DNA of 64,000 nucleotides from Trichodelitschia bisporula (Eukaryota): NCBI GenBank assembly GCA_010356995.1, contig ML996702.1, positions 1 to 64,000 of the forward strand, read 5' to 3'. Shown piece by piece: positions 50,479 to 64,000 of this stretch (position 1 is its first letter; each line of letters starts with the position of its first letter). The notes under the pieces were generated by a model. It saw only the letters and a program-made list of their open reading frames with translations, ran no database searches and was not told where the DNA came from. The position numbers and the translations under genes were made by a program.

Positions 50479-52597
50479 TGCCAAGGACCGATAACAGCGA
50501 CACCACCGCGCATGCCCGTCGGGACATTACAACTGCCCAGCGCCATCACCGTGCGGAAGCTGCTGATCGTCGTCGCGGCGACCGCTCCCAGAGCCCGACT
50601 GCAACCCCCTCACTTTCCCAGGCCCGCCGCAACGTCATAAACAACCAGCCACCCCTATCCCACGGAACAAGCCAAAATCGCCTATCTGGTTGCAAGATGT
50701 CGCAAATCTGCATTCCATGCGGTGGTCGATAGAGCTGACATGTGGATCCAGACATCTTCCGGACAGTGGAGGATCTGTACATGGAACTTGACGGGCTCTA
50801 TGCGGATAAGAATCATGCAGACCGGAGCTGTGCCTTCCTACAGCGTGTTCGCGGTCCACTCCCCCGGCTGGGACTGCCGGTTGGTCATCGCTGTCTTTGG
50901 CTCGAGTTCTGACCGGCTCAGGAGAGAATATTCCCAGTTTTGTGGCAGCAGACAGAATAAGACTCGCTAGTACGAAGTCAAGGCAGGTATATTCAGTACA
51001 GAATGAAACATACATTCAGTGACTTTGCAGCTTGGCAAGAGGGCAAAGTAAACGTCTGTATCTTAGTTTCCCTTCCCTTCCTTAGCCAGTTTGAGAGTAT
51101 ACCAAGTTTGCTTGACATCAGTCAAACCCACCATCCCTCGCCGCAACGCCGTAAAACTGTCCTCGGGGGGGGGGGGGAAGCCACACACGGGGACAGACAA
51201 CTCAGTATCAGAAGGCGAGAATCTGCCAGCCATCGATACGCATCTTATCCAGCCGGAAGTGCCAAATATCAAGGACCACCAGAGACGCATTGACTGTACC
51301 CTCTATGTACGCTGCACATCAGGGTAAGATATCTCGAATGCCGTTCCTTTGCTTGCAGACCACAAGGCACATGACCAACAGTCGCTTACGGGCTTCCACC
51401 GGGTATACCATCGCGTCCGCTCGACCTTCTAAGCCCGCAAATTTGGGAAACGCCTGCGGGAATACATGACGCCTTGTTGGTCTTGTGCCTTGAACCGCTG
51501 TTGTTGACACAGCTAGGCAGCTAGACATCATGGCAAACAGGAACCAAGGCAAACATGTTACCCTAGGAGCATGGCACTTTTGGAAGGGACGTGGTGATGT
51601 GTTCACAGTGGGAGGAAGGAGCAGGGTAAGGTTCCCAAGATAGGGGGAAGGAGCATCGGAGGACATTTGCCACATCGCGTATTTTGGACTTGAGGATCTC
51701 CCAACTCTCTGCTCTTCGTTGTCTTCATCAACCTTCCACTTCACGCCATAGCCATTGCACGCGTCAAGCCTCTATTTTTATTAACCGCACCGCGAACCAC
51801 CGGACATATGGCGGACCGATTCCAGCGCAAACGTCTTGAACGCGAATACTTCCTGCATCACCACAAGGCTGAACCCAACAACCATGAGGCTTGGGCGCTA
51901 CACTGGATCGACCTTCACCGTCGTGGCGTTTAGTCTAGGTGTGTCTATGTCGACGGCATGGTAGATGACTTCATCGAAGCCATGGTGATGTATGACGAGG
52001 ATTTTGCGACCTTCATGCAACATATGTCCATCTGGAGACGTGCGTCCCGGCTCGAAGTTGTAGACCTTCAACAGATTTTCAACCTCTTCACGGGCTGGAT
52101 GGAAGAGCGCAAATTCCGCGAGGAGAGGCGCGTCATCTTGCAGATCAAGTTTGTCGCCATAGCATACGTTTGTCGCCATACTGAACACGAAAACATGACC
52201 TGACTTGAGGAGCAGGCCATCGCATCGCAGCCTTTATGACTGGCAGTACGGCAACGAGGGTATTGTCTTTCACACGCCCTGGGTCGCGGGTGGAGATAGC
52301 AAGGTAGTTAACTGGCAAAACACGTAGCGCATTCCGTCGTGTCGTACCTCTAGAACCCGCAGCCTTGATGTGCTTTCTTCACCATGCCTTGACCGTACCA
52401 GAAGTGCAGTAATCCCAGACACACTCACATCACAGCATGACATCTCCAGCCGTGACAAGTATTCATGCCCAGCCGCTCTTCTATCCGTCATCAGACCCGT
52501 ATTAACATTCCGGGCCGAGCCGAACCCTGATCATGCATCTGCCTATGACACCCTAACGCCGTACATATAGTCTGTAAAGAGATTCCCACCTCCACAT

Positions 52598-54065
52598 CTA
52601 CTGCTGCGCACACTGCGGCACGCCGTCATCATCATCCTCATCATCCGAATCATGCGCATGTCGGCCCCCCTCCCCACCCCCTTCACCGAACTCATCCAAA
52701 TCACCCTCCTCAAAGTCAACCTCTTCGACATCATCCGCCTCCAGTTTCTTCGTCGTATTCGGCACGCTCTTCGCCAGACCCGCAACTAGCTCATCGGTCG
52801 CCACCCACCCGTCTTCGGGAAATTCAACTTTGATGAGCAGATACAAATCACCGCGAGCATCGCTCTTCTTCACAGGCATCCCCTCGCCCGTCACCTTGAG
52901 CACCTGTCCCGGGCGGATAACCGTGCCCCGCGGAACATTAAGCTCAATACCCCGCCCATCCAAATGCAGCAACACAACACGCTTAAACCCACCCAAGGCC
53001 TCAACCAGGCTAATATTTATAGGTGCCGCAAGGTCCGCGCCCTGGCGCTTAAAAAGCGGGTGCGCCGCCTCCACCAGCTCGAAGATGATATCCCCCGGCT
53101 CGCGGCCTGGGGTCTGATCCGCCTCGCCCTTGAGCACGATCTTGTCGCCGCTGCGGCTGCCGCGGGGGATATACAACTCGAGCACCTTGCGCGCATCGGT
53201 GACGCCCGCGCCGCGGCACCGCTTGCACCTATCCTTTTCCTTGAACATCTTCCCTTTGCCGTTGCAAATGCTGCACTCGATGCGCGTCTGCATGGCGCCC
53301 ATGGGCGTGTAGCGGATGGCCAGGACCTCGCCTGTGGCGGTCAGATACATGTTTTGTAAGAGATAGGGATGCCTACCTTTCCCAGCGCACGTGGAGCACT
53401 CATGCGCCTTCGCACGCTCCTTCCCGCCGCTCCCCTTGCACCCGGTGCAAATCACCTTCTTCGTCGCCTGGAACTTGGTCGTCTTCCCCGTGTACAAGTT
53501 CTCGAGCGTGACTTCGTACTCTTGCTCCTCTGGGGGTCCCTTGCGGGGAGCCTGCGGCGCGCTACGCCCGCCGGGCATACCCCCCATCCCGCCCATGCCG
53601 AACATTTGCTCTAGGATGTCCTCGAGGTTGGTCTCGCCGCCGAAACCGGGCGGCGGGCCACCGCCGGGCGTGAAAGCGCCTGGCCCATGGGCGTCGTAGA
53701 GGTGCCGATTCTGGTCATCGGAGAGGATCTCGTAGGCGCGGCTTACGGCTTTGAAGCGCACTTCTGCTGTGTCTCGTTCATGGTGGGGGACTTTGTCGGG
53801 GTGCGAGGAGAGTGCAGCCTAGAGTTTGATGTTAGCTAAGAGTAGTGGGGAGTGACGGAGGCAGACCTTGTGGTATGCCTTCTTGATATCGATTTTGCTC
53901 GCATCGCGCTCGACGCCGAGTATCTCTATGCGACGTTAGCAGGGCCCCGGAGCGGGGGAGGGGCAAAGACAAACCGTAAAAGTCCTCGGTTTCAATTTCG
54001 ACGTTCACTGGTGCGGGTCAGCTAAGCATGCTCAGTACTGCGAAATAGCGACGCCTGCACTCACT
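52598..54065 (-). CDS. Type I DnaJ/Hsp40 co-chaperone (Xdj1/Ydj1/Mas5-like), multi-exon
   Basis: J domain with SSHPDK, G/F-rich region, four CxxCxGxG-type repeats, C-terminal CAAX (CAQQ); canonical introns. Confidence 0.93.
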
Positions 54066-55700
54066 GGCTACGAGGAATGACTTGAGAAGGGAGGTGTGGG
54101 GGGTTTGCAAGGCTTGTGGTTAACAGGACTGCTCTTCGGCGAAAGTTTGGTGTTTTGCCTTTGTCCTGGCCTCGCCAAGACGCTTGACAGAGCGGGAGCC
54201 GTTGCGGGGCGCGTGTGGCTGTGTGGCTGTGTGGCTGTGTGGCTGCTCCGTCAGGGCTCAACTTCACGGGTTCAAAGACCCCGCTTACTCCGACTTCAAC
54301 TTTCCCCCACTTCACACAGAATGGCAGAGAGGAGTTTCGGGGATGGTTAGGTTAAAGAGCACACAAGTTGAGGGCCAGATCACATAAGAGTAACTACCAT
54401 GCTAAATTTCAAAGGACACAACGTCCGTCGAATGCCATCCACCTGTCCGACTGTTGACTTCCTTCCCTATGACAAGCCAGTGATGGCAACCATCTCGTTC
54501 CTCTCTTCCTCATACTTGGCAACAGAAGGTTCAGGAGACGGCCGGTGGGCTTTCCGAAGGCAATGTCCTTCATCTTGCGTACGTGAGCCCTGAACCATAC
54601 AGTCCCATCGACATTCGCGTATGCTCCACTTGACCGGCGGCGGCGGCGACGGCAGTGGACTGGGGCGGACCGGTGCTTGCCGACGGCGGAAGTCGTATCT
54701 AGTACCCCCGGCACAGCGTCCATGAGGGTCAGGACGGCCTCTGTGTCCAGCCTCAATTGCGTAGGCTCAAACAGAGGGAGTTGAGCATGTCCGTCCGGTA
54801 TGTCCCGAGGGGCAAACAGCTTGCTATTGTACCGTACCAGAAGCAGCTTTGCTGGCCAGCTCTTTCGAAGATCCTTCGGCCAAGGGCAAAGCTTTATCAC
54901 TCGCATGCCAAGCTTTGCTTGGATGAGGAGATCCATGGGCCGGACGCTGCCTGCAAAGACGACCCAGACGGCGCTGCCCACCCAGACCGGTAAGTATGGG
55001 CACCGCGTGCTTCCCATCTCGCCGACGGCGGGAGCGGCAGCGGCGGCGGCAGCGGAGGAGGTAGCTAGGAAGTGCATGACGGGAGTGGAATCTGGTGTAT
55101 ATTTCTATATACCAGTATGTCGCCCTGCTGCCGGAAGTCTACTGCGCTGAATTGCACAGAGGGGGTACGAGGAGAGAAGAAGGAGAGAGGATGAGGATCG
55201 AAGTACGCCATGTGAAGCACAGGTCCGGTAGGTGGGTGGAGAGATGTAGCAAAGGCTGCTCAATAATTGCTGCTCAAGACTGCGGTTTATGAATCGTTGT
55301 GGATGACATGAAAAGACTAAGGTAAAACGAGGGAGGGAACCGTATATGTATACAACGCCAGGACACACACAAACGAATGCCTCTTTCCATACCAAATTAC
55401 CGTCGTTGCCAATACCAAAAATACGCCTTCCGCTGCTGCGTGCCGCCCCTACCTTCACCACCATCCCCTCAGGGCTCTGGAGCAAGAGCCCTAGATAGCA
55501 TTCGATATCACGCCTCACCCTTACTTCGAGTTGCGGGGCGGCTGCTGGTAACGCCGTACGGCCAACGCTTAATCTTCTTCAAGATCAGAAGGTCGGGTAA
55601 GAGGACGGGAAGCCTATCTACCAATTATTAGCTTCCATCTTTAAAGTGTAACTCAAAGTACCACTTACTGTCGCCGAGTTCGACGCAACTTAGGTTAGAA

Positions 55701-56120
55701 CTAGTGGGTAGACCTAACCCAGGAATGGGAGCGTATCCATTTGAACGGTCTCTCCATCAGATGGTGCGGAAAGACAGCGTCACAAGCAGTGATGGGAAGC
55801 AAAAGCAAGATGGAAGACACCCGAGCTAACTGAGTCCGGGGACAGCCACGCCTAAGTACAATCCTCGCGCAGATGAAGGCGTGTCCGATACACTTCCCCT
55901 TTAGAAAGGCGGAGATGCACTCCGCCCCTTCGAGCATGAGAGCGGGGATGTCGCTGGTGAACCCGTTGTGCCGGAGGGCGACTCTGCTGCGAAACGGAGC
56001 AAGGCTGAGGATCAGCTCGAACCCGGGGTTTTCGCTCATCCAGCCGTCGAGGACAGCCAAAATGAAGACATTGGCGAGGGCTACCGTCGATGTCTCTGCC
56101 GTCATACTGCATGGAAGGAT
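55701..56120 (-). pseudogene. Remnant of the PD-(D/E)XK-like family
   Basis: ETSTVALANVFILAVLDGW resembles EMSTTILANLFLAVVIGCY of 44973-45671. Confidence 0.4.
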
Positions 56121-59100
56121 GCAGCAATCAAGCCGATTGCGCCGATGACAGACAAACGGCACTCGGTTGGTTAAATATCCACATCGCGCCGCGTCACTCC
56201 ATCGAACTCGCCCGGTTCGAACGTCAACGCCATGTTGGACTGTACTTGACCCGGAGAAGGGCACGAAACGGTGACTGTCAATGACGACGAGAAAAGGTGA
56301 CTATGACGGGCCATGTTCCCTTCCGAAGACATCGATCGTGTGTATGTCTCCCGAACCAGTCCGGGAGTGCACTTCGACGTAAGACGATGAAAGAAAGCCC
56401 CTTTCTCCGTGGCATAACCTGATACGCAGTGATACTCTGTGGAAGCAGTGTGAGAGGTGATGTTGGGAGAAGGTTCTTGAAAAACTGACACTCGTTTATT
56501 GATGATCTTCTGCCAACCTTCGCGCTCCTTGGCCGTGCCGTATAAGGTGGTTCCCAAAGGATTAACGCGAACGTTGAAAGATGAGCAGTGAGAAATGAAG
56601 GATGAGGGACGAGATGCTTGGTCCAAAAGGCATTGAAGTATGATGTTGACTGATGTGATGTGGTGGTTGAAGTGAGGAAAGAGTTGCAATCAGGTGGACC
56701 CGTGTCTCCACTAGGTTTCATCGGTAGGGGAGGAACAGCCGGGTTCGTGGTCTGATGCCTTCCCTAGGAGAAAGGTGATACCACTAAAATCATCGGCTTG
56801 CCGACAATCAAAGGAAGGAACGAAGAGACCGGTGCTCCTCACTTCCACACTGAGAATGCGTCCACTGATGGTGCACTGTCTCACCACCTCTACTTCCGTA
56901 TAGGAAAGGTGCTATGCAACCGTCCTTCCTAGTAAAGGCTCGAACTACGGATGTATGGCGTCGGCAGATGTCGATGGATGGAAGGCATGATGGGCGATTG
57001 CCTCTCATCGGCACCGCAAGCCAGCATTGTTCGGAGTTGAGCAGGATACTCGAATCAACATGGAATGAATAACCGGTTATTTGGAGCTTCAAAGCTGAGT
57101 TATAGTATGAATTCAAGATGGCAATCGCACGTAAGGTGGAATCTTCTCCATTTAGCCATTTCTGAACAAATGACAACCATAAGTGCGATGTCGGGCGTTT
57201 TCTTGTCCCTGCAGAGGTTAGGCGTACGCAACAAGGAATTCGAACGGAGGGGCTACTCACTGCCCAAATACGCTGGCGACATAGCGATATCCAGTATATC
57301 TATCAGCCACGAGACACATCCGCTAAGCTACGTGTCGACAGAGCACCCGTTCAGTGAAGCCTAACACTCGTCGTCTACGACGTCAGGACGGATAAATGCC
57401 CCTTCCGCAATCCTTCCCGTGGCCCTTAGCCTCGACCCTAGACCTCAAACAAAGCCATTCTCCACTCAAAGGCTTTCCAGACGCTGGAAACAGTGCGGGA
57501 AACAAACAATGCGCCAATCCGTGCGCTGCGGACTCGGCCCGGGGTGTGGAGAGCGGGGTTCGGAACAGCTGAGAGTCCCGGAATGATCGGCAATGGCCGA
57601 TCAAGCACTGTTGCGCGCACATACAAAACTGGCGACGATATCGAATGAAGGGGGCTCCCATTCTTCTTCTGCTGCTGTATGCTGAGGCGATTCATGTACT
57701 GTCCTCTAGAACTAGAGTACGTCCATACAGTGGCGTGAAGCATTCTACGGAGTAGACACTCCATTATCCCAGAACTCTATCCACTGAGTGAAACCGAGAG
57801 CTGGCGGATATGTTGTTTACTTACTGTGTACGCCTTCCGACCAGTTCCTATCTTGCCAAGATATGTAGGAAGGCCTTTACCGAGAAACTGAGTCGATTTG
57901 TCACGAGTCAGGTTTCCCATAACGGTGTCCATTAACAGCCAGTGCCTCATCCCGAGGGAATGGGTTAAGACCTGAAGCTCGCGGCGCCCCGACCACCAAC
58001 GCAAGCGTGCGGCTAGCTTCCGCCAGCTTCGCTCCCGAGGAAGCGATTCGCGTCGACCGCAGCGGAGTGCATTGACAATCCATCTCCGGACAATGCTGCG
58101 TCCGCTCGCTGATTCGCTGCCGACACGGCTGGCGTGGGGGGTTCAACTGGAGGTGACATGACCGACTATAAGAAGATAGCAAGCCAGTGCGCTCGTGCCG
58201 TCGGCGGGGAAAGACACTCGCCTGATGCAAAGTATGCGGGCACATACCGTACTTCGGCCCTTCTCCTTCACGCAGCGACTACTGTAGCTTACGGGGATGA
58301 GGGAAAGTAATGCTTGTGACGCTCCGTAGCTTCTCCGAGCCGCGGATATAATTCCGGACCCATTCCCTAGCCCCATTCCCCAGCTGGCTGGTGCTGCTGA
58401 CCCGCCGCATGCACTCGGTCGATCTGACCCAGTCCCGACCGCCGCAATCCGAGCGTGCGAGGGCGAGATAAAACTGCGATGGGCGCAGGTTGCAAGACAT
58501 TTGTCCTATCAAAGCGCGGAAACGGATGCATCCGGGCGAGCGAGAAGCCGCCACTGGCGCATGCTGTGGGAGGGTGGATGCTGCGCAAGCGTGCTGCAAC
58601 TCCCCCTGCTACTGTAGATTATATGGTGAGGTGGGCAGAGAGAACGGGCCGGTTTGATGAATTGGTGAAGCAGCGAGCGAGGACGCAAGGTCGAACAGGC
58701 TTGCCTTATCGTAGTACTTGTACCTGTTAGAGGGCTTGGTGCACAATGCGCGACGGCACCCGGGCCATTTGTGCGGGGACGGGCCCCAGAACGGTAGATC
58801 CCAGCCGTTTACGATTCTTCGAGCCACTGCGACGGAACTCCAGGCCACTGTCGAATCAGAGAATGAGGCTCAGTTGAACCCGAGGAGCGATGGAGATAAA
58901 CTTTTCTCCCAACGAGGTCACCATGAAGACGTCGAAGCCTAGCATATGGCGCCTCAACATGGATGTGAACAAGCTTCTGTCCCACAAACTTGTGTTCGGG
59001 ACTGTGGGCGCATGTAAGGGATGAATCGAGGGTTGGTACTGCAAGCACGACGTTCTCAGCACTGAACAATTCGATCAGGCGTTGACAAGGCGTATCGAAG

Positions 59101-61342
59101 AAGCAAGGGCAGCTTAGAAGTCCCTCTGCTCTTGTCCCGTCTTTAATCTCGTCCACCTCGCTTCGAAGCTCATGTGGGGCTTCTTCAATATATCCTACGT
59201 CATCGACTTACCGTAGAGGCTTCACGCTGACCTCAAGTCAGTCCTTTTTACTGACCTTTCATTTCCGTCCCGCATGTTGAAACTCATAATCCTCCAATAT
59301 CGCCTTAACCCGTTCCACGTATCCTCCTCGCTGCCATTTGCGTGATGGCATACGCGCTGCAATGCATCACCAACTCCCACAGCACCGTCCGTATCCACAT
59401 AAAACTGCTTGTATCGTCAGGCCAGGCAAATGCCGCATCACTCCCTGTCCAATGTTGACCCGAGCAGGCAGTTTGAGTGCAGGACTAGAGAGAATCCCAG
59501 CAGACGACGAACGCACTACGGCTTGTGGATGTTGCAGCCCACCATATCCGGTGCCATGCCAGCGTCACGCCCTAAACCCGTTGAGGCATTAATGCTGCTG
59601 TACGCCCAGGCATCGAATTCCATCGAGTCCAGTTCGCTGATCCGCTCGGCCTCGAAAGGTCGAAAGCATTAATTTGAGCGCCGTCGGAAAGTCCAAAAAA
59701 AACCCAACCCCCCTCCATATGGCTCGGGCCGGATCCCACACCCAGGATGGGCCCCGAAACCCCTAAGCCGCTTCCAAATTCCGTTTCATTCCCCGATCAG
59801 GGTGAACCACTGCGCATCTGCCGCCGCATGCGATTAACTCCCGATGATTTGGGAGAAAGCGCTGTCGATCCGATCGTGACCATTCCACGGAGCTGGATGG
59901 AACGCTGCGGTCTGGCAAAGTCGCACAAATTCCATGGGGCCGCTCCCGCAGCCACAGATAGGTGTGGGTGCCACCTGCTGATCCCATCCCACGACCCATA
60001 GGCCGCTCACCTCCCGCAACCCTGGCCCGTCGCCGATTTCCCCGTCTTTCCGTTGCACCAAACACCATGAAGGCGTTGGGGCGCTTGTGAAGAATAATGT
60101 GAGGAATCCGAACGAACTCTTCTCGCTGTCAAGCTCCCGCCAACCCAAATGATTGCTGTACGATTGTGGCAAATCTGGCAAGGAATCACCTGAAATTGAA
60201 GCAGAAACACCCCCCGCATGCGCAGCTCGGCGCGGCGCTAACGGCAGGGGGGTTTGGGCCTCTGGGAAGCCGGGCACGCCATCTCGCAATCCCGCCGCTT
60301 GGGATTTGGGATTTGGGAAGGATGATGAATGGATTGATTATTGAGGGATGGTTGGAGGCCATGGAACTGCAGTTCCAGCTCCTGCGAAAAGCGCAGACTG
60401 CACGCTGCAGGCCCCGTTTCGGTCGCAGTAATACTAACTAGATAACTACTGTAGACTCGGCTCAGGGAGAGGAGAGGAGAGAGAGGAAAAGATGAGGAGG
60501 TGAAGAAGAAGAGGGGAAGAAGAAGAGGACAAGCCTTCTCCGTTGTCGCTTCTATCCCAATCCCAAGGATAGGCCGGGCTCCCGTTCGTTCCACATGCCG
60601 AGCTTCTGCTTTGCAGTCTCCCAGTCGCGCGCCTATCACCACCCCCTCATTGAGAGCTCACCTTGCTTTTTCGCCAGTGTGGCTCGTCCAGCCCCGGCTC
60701 TGCGGGCTCATTCATCTATCTGGCGGTCCAGTCTCACCATTTGTCGAGAGCCCATCAACTTGTCTCTGTTTCCCTCCGCCCCGACTCACCTCCACCCTTC
60801 CCCACGTGTGCTGTGTCGTCTCCCCAATATCGAAGCTGCGATAGTGTTTATCTCTCGAGCCCGGGATACTCGCCAAATTGCTATCAGGTCTGCGCGCTAA
60901 AATCGTCGCCTTTTCGTCTTTGCCTTTCCTCGCTGCTTGCAAACTGTAGCGCCTCCCTTTGAGGTTGCACCGCTCCCCGAGTAGCGCGCTTTGACCCCGG
61001 GAGGTCGTCCACCCTCGCTGCTCATCACCCCCTCACCATCCGCCTCCCCTCATCCCATCTCTCTTTGTCGTCCCCGTATTGTTGCGCCCCAGTCGCTATC
61101 TTTCGTTGGCCGTTGCCTTCGTCTACCGACAACCCCTCGCCATCGAGGGCACAGGCTTGCTTTTGCGCAATTACACATCCAGCCAGGTTTGTCGAGCTGC
61201 ATTTTGCAATCCCGGCAGCGGCCTAAGCTGATCCGATGCACCGCAGCCTGATTGAAAAAAAAAATCCGCTTCCCATTGCTCGGATCCCAACCTCTCTCGT
61301 CCCAAGCTACATCGTCACAAGCTCCGCGTCGCGGCCCTCTCC

Positions 61343-62613
61343 ATGGCACCCGCCATAATGTGCTTTGGAAAGAAACCCGTCGACGTCCACACCAAGCGGA
61401 ATGAAGAGATCGAAAGGGCGCTGCGCGCGGATAAGAAGAAGTCGGAGAAGGAGGTCAAGCTGCTGCTGCTTGGTACGCACGATTCTGTTCCTGGCGGATG
61501 TCGCTAACATTTGCAGGCGCTGGAGAGAGTGGCAAGTCGACGGTGCTTAAGCAGATGCGCGTGATACACACCGGTGGCTTTACAAGGAGCGAGCGCAAGC
61601 AATGGAAGGTGGTCATCTTCAACAACCTGATAACTGCCTTTCAAGTCATCCTCAATGCCATGGAAGAACAGCGCACCGAGTTTGAGGACGATGATAATTT
61701 GGTGAGTGAGAAGTGTCGTGTGGAGGTCGGACGAGTGAACAGAGGCTAAATGTTAGAAGCGGTATGCGGAGCTCATCCAGATGGACCCAGAGATCTCGGC
61801 GGAGGAGCCCATGCCGCGGGAGTGCCTCGACGCTTTCACCAGCTTTTGGGCGGATAAGGGCGTGCAAATGGCCATGTTGAAGGGTAACGAATACGCCCTG
61901 CACGACAACCTGAGCTAGTAAGTTCCCGATAATTTGCTGGTGACTTCATTGACGGTCAACAGTTTCTTTACCGACATCGAGCGCTTGTTCACACGGGATT
62001 ATCTCCCCACAGACCAAGACATCCTGCGGACACGGTTACGCACAACCGGTATCATTGAAACGCTCTTCTCAATTGGGCCGCTTACGTATCGCATGTTCGA
62101 CGTCGGTGGCCAACGTTCTGAGCGCAAGAAGTGGATCCATGTGTTTGATAATGTGCATGTCGTGCTCTTCCTGGTTGCCATCAGCGGCTACGACCACGCG
62201 CTAGTGGAAGATCGGAATGGAGTACGTATCTGCCCTGTGTTTCCTAGGTCTGTCTAACCGTAGCGCAGAACCAAATGCACGAAGCGTTGATGCTCTTCGA
62301 GTCCATCGCCAATTCGAAGTACTTTGAGAAGTCTGCACTGATTCTCTTTCTCAACAAGATCGATCTGTTCCGTGAGAAACTGTCATCCGGCATGAGTCCC
62401 ATCAGCAGGTACTTCCCGGACTACCGCGGCAGGACGACTGATGTCGCCGCCGCGCAGGAGTTCTTTGCGGAGAAGTTCAGGAACCTGCTGCGGTACAAAA
62501 AGGATGTGTATGTCCACTATACCAACGCGACGGACACCGATCTGCTCAAGAAGACGATGCAATCTATCCAAGATATGATTGTCCAGCGTAACCTCCATAC
62601 TCTCATCTTGTGA
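61343..62613 (+). CDS. Heterotrimeric G-protein alpha subunit, fungal group II (GNA-2/GanA/MagC-like)
   Basis: MCFG N-terminus (ATG 61358; upstream in-frame ATG 61343) without a myristoylation Gly, [34 protein letters not shown]-terminal NLHTLIL; four canonical introns. Confidence 0.93.
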
Positions 62614-64000
62614 GTGGATTCCTTAGGGACCCGGGAACTTGCTGGTCGCCAATCTTATGGAGCTAAATCACCGCCATCATTAGAGGTCAGGAACCCACGC
62701 ATGCCAAGAATGGGAATATGTAAGCAACCATCGAAACCAACGGCCACGATAGTTTTTAGGCACCAAAAGTTCGCCGACGGCGTGTACGATGTAACGAAAT
62801 TAGGGATGGCGTTTTGCGGGTTCGGCTGCTTGGGGGGTTCTTGCATCTTCATGGAGTCTGCTTGGGAAGCATTGGAGACGTTTTGGCCGGATGTAGTGAG
62901 CTCGCCACTTCAAGATGCCAGTTCTTTTCCGCTGCCGGGATAAAGCTGGGGGAATTTCTTGTAAATAGAAGGAAAGGCTTGGGTCATCATGCTGCTCTTA
63001 TTGATTGTTACGGATTGATCGGCGCTTGAGCTGGCGGGGTTTGCTTTGGATCATGTCATTGCTCAGCCGGGAGACTGCCTCATTCCGTTTTCCTGCACTT
63101 CTCAGGGGGGTTACATTTCACAGGCAAGGAGTGTTGGTCCTCCCTCGTCTGACCGGAAGTCCTAGCACAAAGAGCTTTCTGCGGGATGGAGTTAGGCAAC
63201 CAGCTCGCCCGTCAGGCATTTCGCGCATTTCGTGCAGCGAGGCCAAAGGTGATATCAGTAATACGCAGACCCGGCGCGTAAAAACACAAGATATGTTCGG
63301 AGTCGCCGGTCGGGCTCGAAACTCTCAGTTCCCTGACGATGAACCCAGAGAACGCCGCATCCTCGGCACGCCGAGCTGCCGGTCGGATTCTCGTGATAGA
63401 GTCGATGGGTCGAGTCTGGGCGATGGACAGGACCACAGAAGGAGCGAGGGTCTGGTACACGTGACTCGGCGTTTCCGTGCTTAACCACCTGCGTTGACCG
63501 CTCCGCCTCACCTCCACCTCTACCCGCAAACCACCGTTGCAGCCCCGCAGGCAGCCGTTCATGTCGGTGGAGATAGTGTTGCTATTGCTGTGAGTCCCGT
63601 TCCGCACAACCTTACTGAGAGGTTCGGCTCTGCGATGACCGCCATTGTGTCATATGCCATCGTCCACTCCCTCCTGCCTGCTTTGGGAGGGTCGGTGTGA
63701 TGACTACGCCAATACGCACTCCCCCTCTTCGCCATGCCTCCCTCTTGTATACCATACTCCATTGACGGTACGAATGTATCGTCATCCGGGCGGACTCTCA
63801 TGGCGTCTTGTGCTCTACATGTTGCACATGCGGCAGATTCCGCACATCATCTGAAAGATCGGCATCGTTGTAGTTCGGTCTGGGATTGCTAAGTGTCCGG
63901 CCTCATTATGCTTTTCCTGAAATCGAATTCCCCGACGGTGTAACTCTTTGCTGATTCTATGGCAGTGATGTCATTTGTACGGAGCATATTCTCTCGGACT

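Noticed and set aside
51808..52203. Short coding-like stretch with an internal stop
   Set aside because: No identifiable family; cannot be distinguished from decayed debris.
54409..55077. 222-aa minus-strand ORF with upstream TATA
   Set aside because: No recognisable domain or convincing signal peptide; may be a decayed gene.

Overview
Genomic DNA of a filamentous ascomycete (Pezizomycotina-type genes, short GT-AG introns of about 40-60 nt with CTAAC branch sites). The left ~25 kb is an accessory, repeat-rich compartment. It holds Ty1/copia LTRs and an internally deleted copia element, a truncated O-GlcNAc transferase fragment and a SesB-like hydrolase/NB-ARC/TPR NLR whose repeat region falls in an assembly gap. 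It also holds decayed Tri101-like acetyltransferase and ferric reductase genes, a small Cys-rich secreted protein, solo LTRs and MITE-like foldbacks. The most notable locus is at 25.8-28.0 kb. A UstYa/DUF3328 oxidase (two HXXHC motifs) is transcribed head-to-head with a secreted Kex2-processed repeat precursor carrying three 27-30 aa Gly/Tyr/Lys cores, i.e. a candidate dikaritin-type RiPP system with unusually long, Tyr-periodic cores. It is followed by a Thr/Arg-rich secreted protein and a frameshifted HET-domain gene. The right half holds core genes (facB/acu-15, a SET-domain protein, tRNA-Ile, tetrahydroxynaphthalene reductase, a type I DnaJ protein, a group II G-alpha) interspersed with a decaying multicopy PD-(D/E)XK-like family. 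All calls are by eye; no database searches were run.
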